64,000 nt of DNA. It comes from Polyangiales bacterium. Its GTDB lineage: Bacteria; Myxococcota_A; Polyangia; Polyangiales; Polyangiaceae. Made by a program: the position numbers and the translations under genes. Shown here piece by piece: positions 62,043 to 64,000 of this stretch. Where the stretch lies: positions 1 through 64,000 of the forward strand of contig JBBRLQ010000011.1 in the NCBI GenBank assembly GCA_038231275.1, written 5' to 3'. Numbering within the stretch: position 1 is the stretch's first letter; every line of letters starts with the position of its first letter. The notes under the pieces were generated by a model. That model worked only from the letters and a program-made list of their open reading frames with translations. It was not told the origin of the DNA and did not search any database.

Positions 62043-62990
62043 TTACGCGGTGAGAAACTCCGCGATCGGAGAGAACACCCGCTCCTGCGCGCCGCGGGCG
62101 ACGAAGAGATCGGCGTGCGCGATCGGCGTGGCCGCGTCGCCCACGCACAGGAGCTCCTTCACGCGGGAGCCGACCTCGTCGAAGATCGCGCGGCCCGTCG
62201 CCGGAGGGACGATGCCGTCTTGGTTGGCGACGACGACGAGTACCGGCTTGTCGAGGGTCCCCAGCGCCTGCGACACGTTGACGCCATCCACCACGAGCTC
62301 GCGGCGCTTGAGCCACTCGGCGATCTCGCGGTTCATGCGCGGGCTCGGATCTTCGACGGTGTTCACCATCGTCGGCGCGTGAGACAAATCGGTCGACTGC
62401 GCGTGAACGTAGAGGTTCAAGAGGCGCGGCGCGATGCGGGCGAGGATTGGGAGCGCACGGCTCGCCATCTGACGGGTGCCGCCCATCGGCACCATCCCGA
62501 CCAGGCGCGGCGACGCGAACGCCACGCGCACGAGCGGATGCGGATCTTTCCACGTGACGAGGCCGCCGAGTGAGACGAGTGCGCGCACGGGCGCGGCGGG
62601 CACGCAGGCGACGTGCGCGAAGGAGAGCGCGGCGCCGAGGCTGCACCCGACGAGATCGACCGTCTTCATTCCCGACCACTGGCGCGCACCTTCGATCGCG
62701 ACGCCGAGATCGGTCACCGCGAGATCGCGGAGCCCGAAGCGCTTGTTGCCGCCGGCGTTCTCGGCGCGACCCTGCGCGCGCAGGTCCACGCTGTAGACGT
62801 CGATGCCACGCGACGCGAGGTAGGCCTCGAGCGATAGACCGCTCGGGTGAAAGCCGAAGATGAACGAGTTCATCCCGTAGCCGGGCACCAGCAGCGCGGC
62901 CCGAAGCGCGCGGCCGTGCGCCGGCGTGCGTTTCAGCGCGATCCGCCAGCCGTCGCCATTGTCGACGAGCCGGACGTCGGGCGTCGTCAT
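62043..62990 (-). CDS. Alpha/beta-fold hydrolase
   Basis: VPGYG, DLRAQG, GCSLG nucleophile elbow, QDGIV, AHADL. Confidence 0.88.
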   Translation of the reverse strand: MTTPDVRLVDNGDGWRIALKRTPAHGRALRAALLVPGYGMNSFIFGFHPSGLSLEAYLASRGIDVYSVDLRAQGRAENAGGNKRFGLRDLAVTDLGVAIEGARQWSGMKTVDLVGCSLGAALSFAHVACVPAAPVRALVSLGGLVTWKDPHPLVRVAFASPRLVGMVPMGGTRQMASRALPILARIAPRLLNLYVHAQSTDLSHAPTMVNTVEDPSPRMNREIAEWLKRRELVVDGVNVSQALGTLDKPVLVVVANQDGIVPPATGRAIFDEVGSRVKELLCVGDAATPIAHADLFVARGAQERVFSPIAEFLTA

Positions 62991-64000
62991 GCGAGGACCA
63001 CGAACTTCAGGTACCGACCTTCGGTCCACGCGGGCAGGGTGGGGTGGTCCGACGGAGGACCGTGGAGCTCGACGAGCCGCAAATCGCTCCGCCCCAGCGA
63101 CGCGTCGTCGAGCGTCGTCGCGAACGCCTGCGCGTCGACGTGGCTCGAGCACGACGACGCGCAGAAGACTCCGCCCGGCGCGAGCACCTCGGCGCACGCG
63201 CGGTGCAGCTTGCGGTAGGCGGAGAGCGCGCGCGGGACGCTCTTCTCGTTTGGCGCGAAGCTCGGCGGATCGCTGATCACGATCTCCCAGGTCCGCCCGC
63301 GCCGCTTGGCCTCTTCGAGGAACGCGAACGCATCGGCCGACGCGAACTCGTGCGCGCGCGGATCGACGCCGGCGGCCGAGAAGCTCGCCTGCGCCGTCGC
63401 GTGCGCTTGCGCCGCGATGTCCACGCTCGTCGTCTTGGCCCCCGCGAGCGCGGCGTGCAGCGAGAAGCCGCCGGCATACGAGAAGAGGTTCAGGACGCGC
63501 GCTGCCTTCCGCGACATCGTGAGCTCACCGACGCGCCGCCGGCTCTCCCGTTGATCGAGGAAGGCGCCGGTCTTTTGGCCGCGCAACAGATCGACCACGA
63601 ACGGGACGCCATGCTCCCGGACCGTGAGCGTGTCGGGCGGCGCGTCGCCGAAGCGCACCGTCCGTTCGCGGCCTTTGTCCTTGGTGTCTTTGTCGGCGTC
63701 GCTGGCGCGCGCGCCGGAGCGCTCCACGAGCGTCTTTACGCCGAGCGCCTCGAGCGGCGCGCGCAAGAGGCGTGCAATCCTTGCCCCGTGCACGATCGCT
63801 GCGTCGCCGTCGAGCCGGAGCACTGCGACGTGACCGTACCGATCGACGACGACGCCGGGCATCCGATCCCCTTCGCCGTGGACCAGTCGGTACGCCGTCG
63901 TCGAGTCGTCGAACGTCCAGGCACGCAGGGCGAGCGCGCGCGCGACGCGGCCCTCGATCGACGCGTCGTCGATCGGCGCGCGCCCCGTCGTCCAGACCCT
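62987..64000 (-). CDS. RlmI-like class I SAM rRNA methyltransferase (5' truncated by window edge)
   Basis: HGEGDRMPGVVVDRYG, GQKTGAFLDQR, VLNLFSYAGGF, DPPSF, SCS, YLK. Confidence 0.9.
   Translation of the reverse strand, partial: RVWTTGRAPIDDASIEGRVARALALRAWTFDDSTTAYRLVHGEGDRMPGVVVDRYGHVAVLRLDGDAAIVHGARIARLLRAPLEALGVKTLVERSGARASDADKDTKDKGRERTVRFGDAPPDTLTVREHGVPFVVDLLRGQKTGAFLDQRESRRRVGELTMSRKAARVLNLFSYAGGFSLHAALAGAKTTSVDIAAQAHATAQASFSAAGVDPRAHEFASADAFAFLEEAKRRGRTWEIVISDPPSFAPNEKSVPRALSAYRKLHRACAEVLAPGGVFCASSCSSHVDAQAFATTLDDASLGRSDLRLVELHGPPSDHPTLPAWTEGRYLKFVVLA

Overview
Gene-dense, very GC-rich bacterial chromosome segment. MYXO-CTERM tails, many Hanks-type Ser/Thr kinases, FHA-sigma54 activators and Cys-rich lipoproteins with DAG/DGG linkers point to a myxobacterium (Myxococcota, probably Polyangiales; inferred). 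About 50 CDS were called. I recognised no rRNA, tRNA, CRISPR array, transposase or phage genes. Main observations: (1) A readable sigma54 cis-regulatory code. Several -24/-12 promoters pair with three distinct tandem-palindrome enhancer families: GCGCA-N5-TGCGY at both USP genes flanking a globin-PAS kinase/NtrC pair, TGCAAC-N9/10-GTTGCA behind both FHA-sigma54 activator genes, and GCGAAC-N5-GTTCGC x3 ahead of a diheme cytochrome lipoprotein. (2) A triad that recurs three times: a bitopic protein with a Pro/Thr stalk and short C-terminal peptide, a TPR protein ending in a Phe-terminated hairpin, and a lipoprotein. Its cytoplasmic head differs each time (kinase, pseudokinase, zinc ribbon), which makes it a candidate trans-envelope signalling system. 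(3) A PilZ-like/PhcB-like methyltransferase, tandem PHI-1-like MYXO-CTERM proteins, a 133-bp inverted-repeat element and a dispersed GAGCGAAGCG repeat. All family calls come from motif recognition by eye, not database searches, and start codons are best guesses.
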